Source of the DNA: Synechococcus sp. | GTDB lineage: Bacteria > Cyanobacteriota > Cyanobacteriia > PCC-6307 > Cyanobiaceae | Assembly (NCBI GenBank): GCA_047285305.1 | Contig: JBJBDL010000003.1 | Span: 576,001 to 640,000 of the forward strand | Length of the DNA stretch: 64,000 nucleotides | Direction of reading: 5' to 3' | Shown: positions 1 to 9,661 of the stretch, one piece after another | Layout: every line of letters starts with the position of its first letter | How positions within the stretch are numbered: the first letter of the stretch is position 1 | Translations under genes and position numbers: made by a program | The notes under the pieces: generated by a model | Seen by the model: the letters and a program-made list of their open reading frames with translations, nothing else | Databases searched by the model: none | Told to the model about the DNA's origin: nothing

Positions 1-252
1 CTGGATGGCGGTGGCATCGGCCAGGCGGCCGATCACCCCACCGAGGGCATCCACTTCATGGACGAGCTGGCTTTTGGCGGGGCCACCGACGGCCGGATTA
101 CAGGGCTGCCAGGCGATGCGATCAAGATTGAGGCTGAACAGGGCGGTGTTCAGGCCCAGCCGGGCAGCCGTGATCGCCGCTTCACAACCGGCATGGCCGC
201 CGCCGACCACGATCACGTCGAAGGATTCGGTTGAGGCGGCGCTGAAGCTCAT
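1..252 (-). CDS. mnmG: tRNA uridine 5-carboxymethylaminomethyl modification enzyme MnmG/GidA, 5' part (runs off window start)
   Basis: Manual translation from ATG at 252: [26 protein letters not shown]...[26 protein letters not shown]. This is the GidA FAD-binding N-terminus and CNPAVGG motif. Not in the ORF track. Confidence 0.95.
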   Translation of the reverse strand, partial: MSFSAASTESFDVIVVGGGHAGCEAAITAARLGLNTALFSLNLDRIAWQPCNPAVGGPAKSQLVHEVDALGGVIGRLADATAIQ

Positions 253-273
253 AGCTCCATTATCTGAGTTGGC

Positions 274-1680
274 TCAGGCCGCCAGGTTGCGGAAGCGGGT
301 GAACTGAGGCTCGAACAGCAACTTCACTGTGCCCACCGGACCGTTGCGGTGTTTGGTCACAATCACTTCGGTGATGCCGCGGTCCGGTGTTTCCGGGTTG
401 TAGTACTCGTCGCGGTAGATCATCAGCACCAGGTCTGCGTCCTGCTCGATCGAGCCCGATTCCCGCAGGTCGCTCAGCATCGGTCGCTTGTTGGTGCGTG
501 CCTCCACACCCCGGCTCAGCTGGGAGAGGGCAATCACCGGCACATTCAGTTCCCGGGCCATCTGTTTCAGGCCCCGGGTGATGCGCGACAGCTCCTGCAC
601 CCGGTTGTCGGAGCCTGATCCTTCCATCAGCTGCAGGTAGTCGATCATCACCAGCCCAAGCTCCTTGCCCTGTTCGGCCATCAGCCGCCGGCAGAGCGAG
701 CGCATCTCCAGCACGCCGGAGTTGGGTTTGTCATCGATGAAGATCGGCAGTTGCCCCAGGCTGTTGATGCCCTGGCCCAGCAGCGGCCATTCCTCCTGCT
801 GCAGGCGGCCGGTGCGCAGGCGGCCCGCTTCGATGCCCACCTCCATAGAGAGCAGGCGGTAGGTGAGCTGCTCCTTGCTCATCTCCAGAGAGAATAGGCA
901 CACCGGCAGGTCGTGCAGCTGGGCCACGTTCTTGGCCAGGTTCAGCACGATCGAGGTTTTGCCCATGGCCGGCCGGCCGGCCACGATGATCAGGTCGCTG
1001 CGCTGCAGGCCCTGGGTCATCGCATCCAGGTCGTAGAAATTCACCGGGATGCCGGCCACCGAGGTGCCCAGCGAGCGGCTTTCGATCTCCTCAAAGGTCT
1101 GGGTGAGGATTTCGGCCGTGGGGGTAAGCCCCTTGGAGGGTTTCTCCTGGCTGATGGCAAAGATCTTTTGTTCCGCCTGGTCCAGCACCTGCTCCATCGG
1201 CAGGCTCTGATCAAAGCCCAGCTGGATCACTTCATTTCCGGTGCGGATTAGCTGGCGGCGCAGGAACTTGTCCATCACCAACCGAGCCACCTGCTCGATC
1301 GAGGCGGTGGACGGCACCCGCTCCACCAGCTCCACCAGTCGGTTGTTGCCGCCCACCTTCTCCAGGGCGCCGGTGTCGGCCAGCCAGGCGCTCATCGCGG
1401 TCAGATCCGTCGGCTTGCCCTGGCCGTGCAGCATCAGAGCGGTGCGGAAGATCTCCCGGTGGGCGTTCAGATAAAACGCTTCCGGCTGCAGCACATCGGC
1501 CACACGCCCGATTGCATCAGGATCCAGCAGGATGCCGCCCAGCACCGCTTCCTCGGCCTCCAGGTTCTGGGGCGGAAGCGAATCGGGCGGAGCCTCGAAA
1601 TTGGGCTCATCGTTGCGGCGGCCCTGGCCAAAACCACGGCGTCCCCCATCGTTGTTCTCTGGCAGGGGGACGCTCACCAT
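274..1680 (-). CDS. dnaB: replicative DNA helicase DnaB
   Basis: PPQNLEAEEAVLG N-terminus, Walker A GRPAMGKT, DYLQLM, SDLRESGSIEQDAD; no intein. Confidence 0.98.
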   Translation of the reverse strand: MVSVPLPENNDGGRRGFGQGRRNDEPNFEAPPDSLPPQNLEAEEAVLGGILLDPDAIGRVADVLQPEAFYLNAHREIFRTALMLHGQGKPTDLTAMSAWLADTGALEKVGGNNRLVELVERVPSTASIEQVARLVMDKFLRRQLIRTGNEVIQLGFDQSLPMEQVLDQAEQKIFAISQEKPSKGLTPTAEILTQTFEEIESRSLGTSVAGIPVNFYDLDAMTQGLQRSDLIIVAGRPAMGKTSIVLNLAKNVAQLHDLPVCLFSLEMSKEQLTYRLLSMEVGIEAGRLRTGRLQQEEWPLLGQGINSLGQLPIFIDDKPNSGVLEMRSLCRRLMAEQGKELGLVMIDYLQLMEGSGSDNRVQELSRITRGLKQMARELNVPVIALSQLSRGVEARTNKRPMLSDLRESGSIEQDADLVLMIYRDEYYNPETPDRGITEVIVTKHRNGPVGTVKLLFEPQFTRFRNLAA

Positions 1681-1751
1681 GGCGGCAGGGCGTGAAGCGA
1701 AGGAATCACACTCTGGCTCGAATGAGCCATTTGAGTGTGAATTGACAGCGA

Positions 1752-2210
1752 TCAGTAGCCGACCACTTCAAGGTTGATCTCAGCGGTGACTTCGCTGTGC
1801 AGCTTCACCGTCACGGTGTACTTACCGGTGCGGTGGATCTCAGGCACCACGATGTCGCGTCGGTCGATCTCCTTCTTGGTGGCGGTTTCAATGGCCTCAG
1901 CCACGTCACCATTGGTGACGGTGCCGAACAGCACATTGTCTTCGCCGGTCTGCTTCTTCACGGTGAAGCGACCAATGGTGGAGAGGGCGGTCTTGAAGTC
2001 GACGGCTTCTTGCTTCAGGGCTGCCTGACGCTCAGCTTCCTTGGCCCGGCGGTGCTCCACCTGCTTCATCACCGCAGGTGTGAGGGGCACAGCTTTGCCG
2101 AAGGGCAGCAGGAAGTTACGGGCGTAACCCGGAGCCACTTCAACCAGGTCTCCGTCCTTGCCGAGGCTGAGGACGTCCTCATTCAGAACGACTTGTACAC
2201 GCTTAGGCAT
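1752..2210 (-). CDS. rplI: 50S ribosomal protein L9
   Basis: [21 protein letters not shown] motif; adjacent to dnaB. Confidence 0.98.
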   Translation of the reverse strand: MPKRVQVVLNEDVLSLGKDGDLVEVAPGYARNFLLPFGKAVPLTPAVMKQVEHRRAKEAERQAALKQEAVDFKTALSTIGRFTVKKQTGEDNVLFGTVTNGDVAEAIETATKKEIDRRDIVVPEIHRTGKYTVTVKLHSEVTAEINLEVVGY

Positions 2211-2288
2211 GGGACCGGTATGAGGGATGGAGACGGGTGCGATCGACCACGTTACGACGTGGCCTGTTGTTGAAGGTTGCTTTGAGCC

Positions 2289-3200
2289 TCAGGAGGCTCC
2301 GGGGACGTAGCGGGCCGTGCGGATCCGGCTGGCTAGTCCGAGGCGCTTAAGCAGGCGCACGTGCTGCCAGGTGAGATCGAACTCAAACCAACGCAAACCA
2401 TGGCGAGCACTGGCCGGATGGGCGTGGTGGTTGTTGTGCCACCCCTCACCGAAGGAGAGCAGTGCCACCCACCAGCAGTTGCGGGACAGGTCGGGGCAAT
2501 CGAAATTTCGGTAGCCGAAGGCGTGGGTGGCGGAGTTCACAAGCCAAGTCACGTGATACACGACTACGAGGCGCAGAGGAATGGCCCACAGCACCAGGCC
2601 AAGGCCACCGCCGTGCACCTGGGCGGCTTCACCGAACCAATAGAGCCCTAGGCCCAGGGGGATCTGTAGCAGCAGGAACCAGCGGTCGAGCCACCGGTAA
2701 AAGGGGTCGCATTGAAGGTCGCCGGCGTAGCGGTCGAGTTCCTTCAGCGCCGGGATGTCGTGCAGCATCCACTCGCTGTGGGCCCACCACAGGCCACGGC
2801 CAGCGTCGTGGTGATCCGTGGGCTGATCTGAAAAACGGTGGTGATGACGGTGCAGACCCACCCATTCGATCGGGCCGCTTTGGCAGGCCAGGGTGCCCAT
2901 TATGACCAGGATGCGCTCAACCCATACCGGCACCACCAGGCTGCGGTGCGCCACCAGACGGTGCAGGCCCAGGGTGACGCCCAGCACCGTCATCCAATAG
3001 AGAACTCCGAAGGCCACAACGCCCTGCCAGCTCCAGAAGCGCGGCAGCAGCGCCACAGTGGCGAGCACGTGCATCACCAGCATGAAGCTGGTGGTTCCCA
3101 TCTTCAATTTGCGCTGACGCGCTGGCAGTGGGTCGCGCGGTGCCATCACCGCGGCCCGCTGCCGAAGCTCGCGGGTGTCAGCTGTTTGCGAGGAAACCAA
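2289..3200 (-). CDS. desC: acyl-lipid delta-9 fatty acid desaturase (DesC3-type)
   Basis: His boxes HRLVAH, HRHHH and HNNHH. Start placed at TTG 3200 (alternative ATG 3146); the ORF-track extension to 3635 overlaps the next gene. Confidence 0.9.
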   Translation of the reverse strand: MVSSQTADTRELRQRAAVMAPRDPLPARQRKLKMGTTSFMLVMHVLATVALLPRFWSWQGVVAFGVLYWMTVLGVTLGLHRLVAHRSLVVPVWVERILVIMGTLACQSGPIEWVGLHRHHHRFSDQPTDHHDAGRGLWWAHSEWMLHDIPALKELDRYAGDLQCDPFYRWLDRWFLLLQIPLGLGLYWFGEAAQVHGGGLGLVLWAIPLRLVVVYHVTWLVNSATHAFGYRNFDCPDLSRNCWWVALLSFGEGWHNNHHAHPASARHGLRWFEFDLTWQHVRLLKRLGLASRIRTARYVPGAS

Positions 3201-3347
3201 GCGGATTCTCCTTGGATTGACAAAGCCGCTCAGACAGGAAAACCAGGGAGCGGATGGTGCCGTTAGTGACAGAAATCTAAAGGAGTTGCCGCATCGCAGC
3301 GGCCTCGCTGGTTGTGAATTTTGGCGTTGGCCAGGGTTTAGGAAGGC

Positions 3348-4640
3348 ATGACATCCGTCAGGCAAGTGGTGATCAGTGCATTTGCAGAGGACCTGATCAA
3401 CGCGGTGGCGCGGGAGCAGGCCGACCTTGCTGCAGCGAGGTCGGCGGCGGTGGAGCAACGCCTGCTGCGCGTGTTGGAGGCCCTGGCGGCGGAGCGCGTT
3501 GGAACTCAGCACTTTGCGTCGCTCACTGGTTACGGCCACGGGGATCAGGGCCGTGAGGTGGTGGATCGGGTCTTTGCCCGCGTGCTGGGGGCTGAAGCTG
3601 CCGCGGTGCGCCTGCAATTCGTCAGCGGCACCCATGCCATCGCCGCCGCGCTGTTCGGGGTGTTGCGGCCCGGTGATCGTCTGCTCTCAATCACGGGTCG
3701 TCCCTACGACACCCTTGAGGAGGTGATCGGTCTTCGCGGCAAGGGCCAGGGTTCCCTGGCGGAATTCGGGGTTGCCTACGACGAAATCGATCTGCAGCCG
3801 GATGGGGCGGTGGATGAGGCGGCTTTGAACCAGGCCCTGGAGCATCCCTGCCGGATGGTGTTGATCCAGCGCAGCTGTGGCTACAGCTGGCGTCCCTCGG
3901 TCACGGTTGAGCAGATCGCTGGGCTGTGTGAGCGCATTCATGCCCGTCAGCCCGACTGCGTTGTCTTCGTCGACAACTGTTACGGCGAGTTGGTGCAGGA
4001 GCAGGAGCCGACGGCGGTTGGGGCGGATCTGATCGCTGGTTCGTTGATCAAGAACCTCGGCGGCACCATCGCCCCCACCGGCGGCTACATCGCTGGACGG
4101 GCCGATCTGGTGGAGCAGGCCTGCTGCCGGCTCACGGCGCCGGGCATCGGCAGTGAGGGCGGCACGGGATTTGACCTGCAGCGGCTGGTGCTGCAGGGGC
4201 TGTTCTTGGCACCGCAAATGGTGTCGGAGGCTTTGATTGGCGCCGATCTGGTGGCAGGGGTGTTTGAGCGGCTGGGCTTCCCCGTGAATCCAGCGCCCGG
4301 GGCCGTGCGCAGCGATTTGATTCAGGCGGTGCAGCTGGGCAGTCCGGATGCCCTAAAGGTGGCGTGCCGTGCCTTCCAGGCGATGTCACCCATCGGTGCC
4401 TACCTAGATCCGGTGCCGGCCTCGATGCCGGGTTATGCCTCGGATCTGGTGATGGCCGGTGGAACCTTCATCGACGGCTCCACCAGTGAATTTTCGGCCG
4501 ATGCGCCGCTGCGGGAACCGTTCAACCTCTACGTGCAGGGCGGCACCCATCGCGCCCACGTCCGCCTGGCCCTCTCCCGTGCGTTGTGTGACCTCATTGC
4601 GGCAGGACTGATCAATCTCCCGCAGACTGGGACCACCTGA
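3348..4640 (+). CDS. methionine gamma-lyase family PLP protein (YnbB / aluminium-resistance family)
   Basis: FVSGTHAI, FVDNCYGE, GSLIKNLGG, AGGTFIDGSTSEFSADAP motifs. Confidence 0.9.
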   Translation: MTSVRQVVISAFAEDLINAVAREQADLAAARSAAVEQRLLRVLEALAAERVGTQHFASLTGYGHGDQGREVVDRVFARVLGAEAAAVRLQFVSGTHAIAAALFGVLRPGDRLLSITGRPYDTLEEVIGLRGKGQGSLAEFGVAYDEIDLQPDGAVDEAALNQALEHPCRMVLIQRSCGYSWRPSVTVEQIAGLCERIHARQPDCVVFVDNCYGELVQEQEPTAVGADLIAGSLIKNLGGTIAPTGGYIAGRADLVEQACCRLTAPGIGSEGGTGFDLQRLVLQGLFLAPQMVSEALIGADLVAGVFERLGFPVNPAPGAVRSDLIQAVQLGSPDALKVACRAFQAMSPIGAYLDPVPASMPGYASDLVMAGGTFIDGSTSEFSADAPLREPFNLYVQGGTHRAHVRLALSRALCDLIAAGLINLPQTGTT

Positions 4641-4650
4641 AACTGCGTCG

Positions 4651-5040
4651 ATGGCGTTCGCGTTCCCCGACTCTTTTCGCTTCGCCGACAGCCACGAGTA
4701 CGCCAACTTTGATGGTGAGCTTGTGCGGGTGGGCATCAGTGCCTTCGCCGTTGATCAGCTGGGCGACATCGTGTTCGTGGATCTGCCTGATGTGGGCGCC
4801 AGCCTGGCTAAGGGCACCAGCTTTGGCTCGGTGGAGTCAGTGAAGGCTGTGGAAGACATGTATGCACCGATTGCTGGTGAGGTGGTGCAACGCAATGAAG
4901 CGGTGCTGGCCAGTCCGGAGGAACTGCAGAACGACCCCCACGGTGAGGGATGGCTGCTGGTGCTGCGTCCGTCGGATTCCTCCCAGCTGAACAGCCTGAT
5001 GACCGCCGAGGCCTACGGCACCAAGGTCAACGCCGGCTGA
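4651..5040 (+). CDS. gcvH: glycine cleavage system H protein
   Basis: Lipoyl-Lys motif [20 protein letters not shown]. Confidence 0.98.
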   Translation: MAFAFPDSFRFADSHEYANFDGELVRVGISAFAVDQLGDIVFVDLPDVGASLAKGTSFGSVESVKAVEDMYAPIAGEVVQRNEAVLASPEELQNDPHGEGWLLVLRPSDSSQLNSLMTAEAYGTKVNAG

Positions 5041-5098
5041 CATCAACGCTGGCTGTCATCAGCGCCGGGGCTTCGCTCTTACGATCGGTCGGCGGGCT

Positions 5099-7981
5099 GT
5101 GCATTCGACGTTGACTTCTCCTTTTGCGCAGCGGCACATCGGCCCGAGTGAGGCGGAACAGCTCCGCATGCTCAATGCCCTTGGCTACAGCGATCTGCAG
5201 GAGTTCATCGCTGATGTCGTGCCCGCTGACATCCTTGATTCCAATCCGCCGGTTGAGGCCTTGCCCGAGGGTTGTGGGGAGGCTGAGGCGCTCCTGCAGC
5301 TGAAGCAGTTGAGCGAAACCAACACGCTGCGTCGTTCTCTGATCGGGCTGGGCTACCACGGCACTGCGACCCCGGCCCTTATCCAGCGCCACGTTTTTGA
5401 AAATCCGGCCTGGTACACCGCCTACACCCCCTACCAGGCGGAAATCGCCCAAGGTCGTCTGGAGGCCCTGCTCAACTTTCAAACCCTGATCAGTGAGCTC
5501 ACGGGATTGCCGATCGCCAACGCGTCGCTGCTTGATGAAGCCACCGCCGCTGCGGAGGCGATGAGCCTCAGCTTCGGGGTCTGCCGACGCCCTGAGGCGA
5601 CAAGGTTCCTGGTGGATGCCAATGTGCTGCCTCAGACCTGGGCGGTGCTGCAGACCCGCGCCGAACCCCTCGGCATCAACCTTGAGCGGATCGACCCGGC
5701 CACGGCGCCGATCGATGCGTCGGTGTTTGGTGTTTTGCTGCAGTTGCCTGGTTCCGATGGATGCTTTTGGGATCCATCCGCCGTGATCGAAGCGGCCCAC
5801 GCCGCCGGTGCCTTGGTCACCGTGGCGATCGATCCCCTGGCGCAGACCCTGATGGCGCCCGTGGGATCCCTCGGAGCCGACATTGCTGTGGGCAGCGCCC
5901 AACGCCTGGGGGTGCCGATGGGATTTGGTGGTCCTCATGCCGCCTTCTTCGCCACCGTTGAGGCCTACAAGCGCCAGATCCCTGGTCGTCTTGTGGGGCA
6001 GTCCAAGGATGCGGAAGGCCGTTCGGCCCTGCGCTTGGCGCTGCAAACCCGCGAGCAGCACATCCGTCGCGACAAGGCCACCAGCAACATCTGCACGGCC
6101 CAGGTGCTGCTTGCCGTGATGGCTTCGTTTTACGCGGTCCACCATGGCCCTGATGGTCTGCAGGCCATCGCCCAGCGCATTGCTGGCCTGCGCAGCCAGT
6201 TGGAGCAGGGTCTGCGGGCCCTGGGTTATCCGCTGGAGCTGGCCGATCGCTTCGACACCGTCACCGTGCACTGTGCGTCGGCACCGGCTGTGCACCGCGC
6301 TGCCGCAGTTGCTGGTTTCAATCTGAGGGTGCTGCCAGATGATGCAGCGCCGGCGGACGCCACCGGATTCGGCATCAGCCTCGATGAGCTCTCGGATCAA
6401 CAGGAGCTGCAAGCCCTGCTCGCACTGCTGGCGGAGGCCTGCGGTCAGGCCACCCCGCAGCTTGAGGCTGAGCAGCCCCCGTCTCTCTCCCTGCCGCGGC
6501 GCAGCCAGCCCTGGCTTAGCCAGCCGGTTTTTCATCAGTACCGGAGCGAATCAGAACTGTTGCGCTACATCCAGCGGTTGGTGAGCCGTGATCTCTCGCT
6601 GGTGCACGGGATGATTCCGTTGGGCAGCTGCACCATGAAGCTCAACGCCGCCGCTGAGCTGCAGCCGGTGAGCTGGCCAGCGTTTGCGGCCTTGCATCCC
6701 TTTGCCCCAGCCGATCAGGCCCAGGGATATCGGAGTCTGGCCGATGATCTGGAGCAATGGCTGGCCGCCCTGACGGGCTTTGCCGCCGTGTCGTTGCAGC
6801 CCAATGCCGGTTCCCAGGGCGAATATGCCGGGTTGCTGGTGATTCGCGCCTGGCACCGCTCCCGCGGTGAAGCCCATCGCGATATCTGTCTGATCCCCAC
6901 CAGCGCCCATGGCACTAACCCCGCCAGTGCCGTGATGGCTGGCCTCAAAGTGGTGGCTGTCGCCTGTGATGAAGAGGGCAACATCGATCAGCAGGATCTG
7001 GCGGCGAAGGCGGCCGAGTACGCCGATCGGCTGGCGGCGCTGATGGTCACCTACCCCTCCACCCACGGCGTGTTTGAAACCGGCATCCGTGAGATCTGCG
7101 CGGTGGTGCATCGGCACGGGGGCCAGGTGTACCTCGATGGGGCCAACCTCAATGCCCAGGTGGGGCTGTGTCGTCCCGGTGCCTTCGGTGCCGATGTCTG
7201 CCACCTCAACCTGCACAAAACCTTCTGCATCCCCCATGGGGGCGGTGGCCCTGGCGTGGGACCCATTGGTGTGGCGGCGCATCTGGCGCCCTTCTTGCCG
7301 GGGCACCCCTTTCAGGCCGGCGCCGCATCGTCCATTGGTCCGGTGTCCGCAGCTGCGCTCGGCAGCGCCAGCATCCTGCCGATCAGCTGGATGTACCTGC
7401 GGATGATGGGGGCGGAGGCCCTACGGCAGGCCAGTGCCGTGGCGCTGTTGTCGGCCAACTACCTCGCCCATCGGCTTGATGTCTCGTACCCCGTGCTGTT
7501 TCGGGGCAGCACCGGGCGGGTGGCCCATGAATGCATCCTTGACCTGCGCCCGCTGAAGCGGGATGCGGGGATCGATGTGGATGACATCGCCAAGCGTTTG
7601 ATGGATTACGGCTTCCATGCGCCCACCGTCAGCTGGCCGGTGGCCGGCACGGTGATGGTGGAGCCCACCGAAAGCGAAAGCCTGGCGGAGTTGGATCGTT
7701 TTGCCGATGCCCTGGTGGCGATCCGCGAGGAGATTCGCGCCATTGAAACCGGCACCAGCGACCCTCAGAACAACCCGCTCAAACGTGCTCCTCACACCCT
7801 GGCGGCCGTCACAGCGGATAACTGGGATCGTCCCTACAGCCGTCAGCAGGCTGCTTTCCCTATGGAGGGGCAGCAGGAGAGCAAGGTTTGGCCCGCGGTG
7901 GCACGGATTGATAACGCCTTTGGTGATCGCAACCTGGTGTGCACCTGTCCGTCGGTGGAAGCGGTTGCTGTGGCGGCTTGA
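5099..7981 (+). CDS. gcvP: glycine dehydrogenase (decarboxylating), P protein
   Basis: [41 protein letters not shown]. Confidence 0.98.
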   Translation: MHSTLTSPFAQRHIGPSEAEQLRMLNALGYSDLQEFIADVVPADILDSNPPVEALPEGCGEAEALLQLKQLSETNTLRRSLIGLGYHGTATPALIQRHVFENPAWYTAYTPYQAEIAQGRLEALLNFQTLISELTGLPIANASLLDEATAAAEAMSLSFGVCRRPEATRFLVDANVLPQTWAVLQTRAEPLGINLERIDPATAPIDASVFGVLLQLPGSDGCFWDPSAVIEAAHAAGALVTVAIDPLAQTLMAPVGSLGADIAVGSAQRLGVPMGFGGPHAAFFATVEAYKRQIPGRLVGQSKDAEGRSALRLALQTREQHIRRDKATSNICTAQVLLAVMASFYAVHHGPDGLQAIAQRIAGLRSQLEQGLRALGYPLELADRFDTVTVHCASAPAVHRAAAVAGFNLRVLPDDAAPADATGFGISLDELSDQQELQALLALLAEACGQATPQLEAEQPPSLSLPRRSQPWLSQPVFHQYRSESELLRYIQRLVSRDLSLVHGMIPLGSCTMKLNAAAELQPVSWPAFAALHPFAPADQAQGYRSLADDLEQWLAALTGFAAVSLQPNAGSQGEYAGLLVIRAWHRSRGEAHRDICLIPTSAHGTNPASAVMAGLKVVAVACDEEGNIDQQDLAAKAAEYADRLAALMVTYPSTHGVFETGIREICAVVHRHGGQVYLDGANLNAQVGLCRPGAFGADVCHLNLHKTFCIPHGGGGPGVGPIGVAAHLAPFLPGHPFQAGAASSIGPVSAAALGSASILPISWMYLRMMGAEALRQASAVALLSANYLAHRLDVSYPVLFRGSTGRVAHECILDLRPLKRDAGIDVDDIAKRLMDYGFHAPTVSWPVAGTVMVEPTESESLAELDRFADALVAIREEIRAIETGTSDPQNNPLKRAPHTLAAVTADNWDRPYSRQQAAFPMEGQQESKVWPAVARIDNAFGDRNLVCTCPSVEAVAVAA

Positions 7982-8110
7982 AGCCCTGGTGCAAGGGGTT
8001 CAGAGCGTGTAAATTTTCACTGAAAGTGGAAAAATTGGTTTGATTCCGCTCATCGCCCTTGCGAGTTCGGTCAAACTATTCGACAACTGATTCGTCTGTC
8101 GGGGGACACC

Positions 8111-8365
8111 ATGGATCGGGACAACAACAAGAAATCTGCGCTGAGCAGCGTTGAAGGGCCTGCCCTTCCTCAACTTCCAGATGGTCTGGAATCGGCCTTC
8201 AATCGCGGCCACACCTTGTCAATTGAAGGAACCAATGTGATTCGGGTTCCCTTTGGCACGCGCCGTTCCCGTCGCAGCCGCCCCGAGCGGCCCGATCATT
8301 GGGCCACCCTCGTGATTCCTCTTCAACCGGTGGGCGATCCCTCTCCACCGCCGGCAGCGGCCTGA
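8111..8365 (+). CDS. small conserved hypothetical protein
   Basis: ATG preceded by GGGGA; fills the gap after gcvP; 84 aa, resembles picocyanobacterial hypotheticals (recognition only). Confidence 0.65.
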   Translation: MDRDNNKKSALSSVEGPALPQLPDGLESAFNRGHTLSIEGTNVIRVPFGTRRSRRSRPERPDHWATLVIPLQPVGDPSPPPAAA

Positions 8366-8367
8366 GT

Positions 8368-8574
8368 TCAGGCCACGCCGATTTCAGATTTTTCTTGGGC
8401 AAGACGCCAGTCCAGCAGGGCTTTGACGTCGGCCAAAGAGCAAGTTGGTGTGCGGAAGGGCAGCAATCGCATCGGGCTGCGTTCCGGCCTCACCAGCCAG
8501 CTGCGGTTGGTTTGAGGCATTAAAAGAAAGCCGCGGTACCGAACCGAGGCCTCCTGGCCGTTCATGAATCCCAT
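8368..8574 (-). CDS. small conserved hypothetical protein
   Basis: 68 aa, RYRGFLLMPQ...WLVRPERSPMRLLPFRT; convergent with the previous ORF, stops 2 nt apart. Confidence 0.65.
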   Translation of the reverse strand: MGFMNGQEASVRYRGFLLMPQTNRSWLVRPERSPMRLLPFRTPTCSLADVKALLDWRLAQEKSEIGVA

Positions 8575-8616
8575 CGCTCTAGGGATTGTTTGGAATTAAC
8601 TCCGTCATTTCAGGGC

Positions 8617-8653
8617 AAAAGATCTGGTGTCTCGCACTTGCACCAGATCTTTT
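8617..8653. terminator. 13-bp perfect inverted repeat, probable intrinsic terminator of the pirin transcript
   Basis: AAAAGATCTGGTG-(11 nt)-CACCAGATCTTTT, 10 nt past the pirin stop. Confidence 0.65.
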
Positions 8654-8663
8654 CCGGATTGCA

Positions 8664-9419
8664 TCACGCCAGGGCAAACAGCAGCACGTCGGCGCCTTCA
8701 CTGAGGCCAATCAGTGCGCCTTGCGTTGCTGCCTCCTGGATCAGGCCCACCCCATCGCCCCGCCGTAGTGACTGCTTCGGGGAGCCTTCACTGTTGAGCG
8801 TCAGCTCCCCATCAATCACCTGAAGCCAGAGCCATCGTTCTTCGGCGGCGGGCAATAGCAAGTGCTGTTGGCGTAGCGGTTGGGCACGCCAGAGGCGCAC
8901 GCGACGTTCGATGGCCATCGCGTCGCCCGTGGCGTCTGGCTCAATCAGGGGCGTCCAGCCCTCGCCGATCGCGAAGGGTTTCTGCTCGTAGGCGGGCTGG
9001 ATGCCCAGTTGTGCCGGCTCAATCCAGATCTGTAGCAGCCTGCAGGGCTCGCCGGTTTGATTGATCTCGCTGTGCACGATGCCTCTGCCAGCACTCATCC
9101 GCTGCACCTCGCCGGCGTGCAGTACCGCGCTGTTGCCCATCGAGTCGGCATGGGTCAGGGCCCCCTCCACCATCACCGTGATGATTTCCATGTCCCGGTG
9201 GGGGTGCATGCCGAAACCCTGGCCTGCAGCAATGGTGTCGTCGTTGATCACCCGCAGGGGGCCGAAGCCCATCCAGTTCGGATCCTGATGGCTGCCGAAG
9301 CTGAAGCTGTGCCAGGAATCGAGCCAGTCCAGTCGGCTGTGAAAGCGCTGGTCTGCGGGTCGCAGGCTCACGGTTGACCTGTTGGCGTGTTGACGTATTG
9401 GCGGGGCCGTCCGGGACAT
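8664..9419 (-). CDS. pirin family protein (YhhW-like)
   Basis: WLDSWHSFSF, GFGMHPHRDMEIIT, AGRGIVHSE motifs. Confidence 0.95.
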   Translation of the reverse strand: MSRTAPPIRQHANRSTVSLRPADQRFHSRLDWLDSWHSFSFGSHQDPNWMGFGPLRVINDDTIAAGQGFGMHPHRDMEIITVMVEGALTHADSMGNSAVLHAGEVQRMSAGRGIVHSEINQTGEPCRLLQIWIEPAQLGIQPAYEQKPFAIGEGWTPLIEPDATGDAMAIERRVRLWRAQPLRQQHLLLPAAEERWLWLQVIDGELTLNSEGSPKQSLRRGDGVGLIQEAATQGALIGLSEGADVLLFALA

Positions 9420-9427
9420 CGAGGTGC

Positions 9428-9568
9428 TCAGAGTTGGAGGGGTTGCATCTGCAGAAGCCTCTGCACCAGGTCGTTGATGCTGTCGTCCTGGGCTGGTTTG
9501 GCGTGCAGCTGACGCCTCACCACCTGAGCCTCGAGGTTGGCGTGGGTGGAAGGCTTGGAAAGGCCCGT
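9428..9568 (-). pseudogene. chimeric remnant: rubrerythrin N-terminus fused to NADPH-dependent FMN reductase C-terminus
   Basis: Open frame with ACG in place of ATG: TGLSKPSTHANLEA|QVVRRQLHAKPAQDDSINDLVQRLLQMQPLQL*. The halves resemble the recalled ends of the two genes usually found between flv1 and pirin. Confidence 0.7.
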
Positions 9569-9593
9569 CGATTGCGCCGGGGATCGTTCCGTC

Positions 9594-9624
9594 AGCCTAG
9601 CCCTAACTCATAGTGAGTATGAGT
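9594..9624 (-). promoter_or_regulatory. putative promoter (-10 TAGGCT) with palindromic operator ACTCATA-N5-TATGAGT
   Basis: Perfect 7-5-7 inverted repeat at 9606-9624 in an AT-rich patch; TAGGCT on the minus strand at 9594-9599. Confidence 0.5.
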
Positions 9625-9661
9625 AAGTAGGGAGTTTGGCTTGACGGCTCAGCGTGTCAGC

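Noticed and set aside
274..1680. Possible intein in DnaB
   Set aside because: 468 aa with contiguous helicase motifs; no insertion.
5027..6535. 502-aa minus-strand ORF
   Set aside because: Lies almost entirely antisense to gcvP; no family features.
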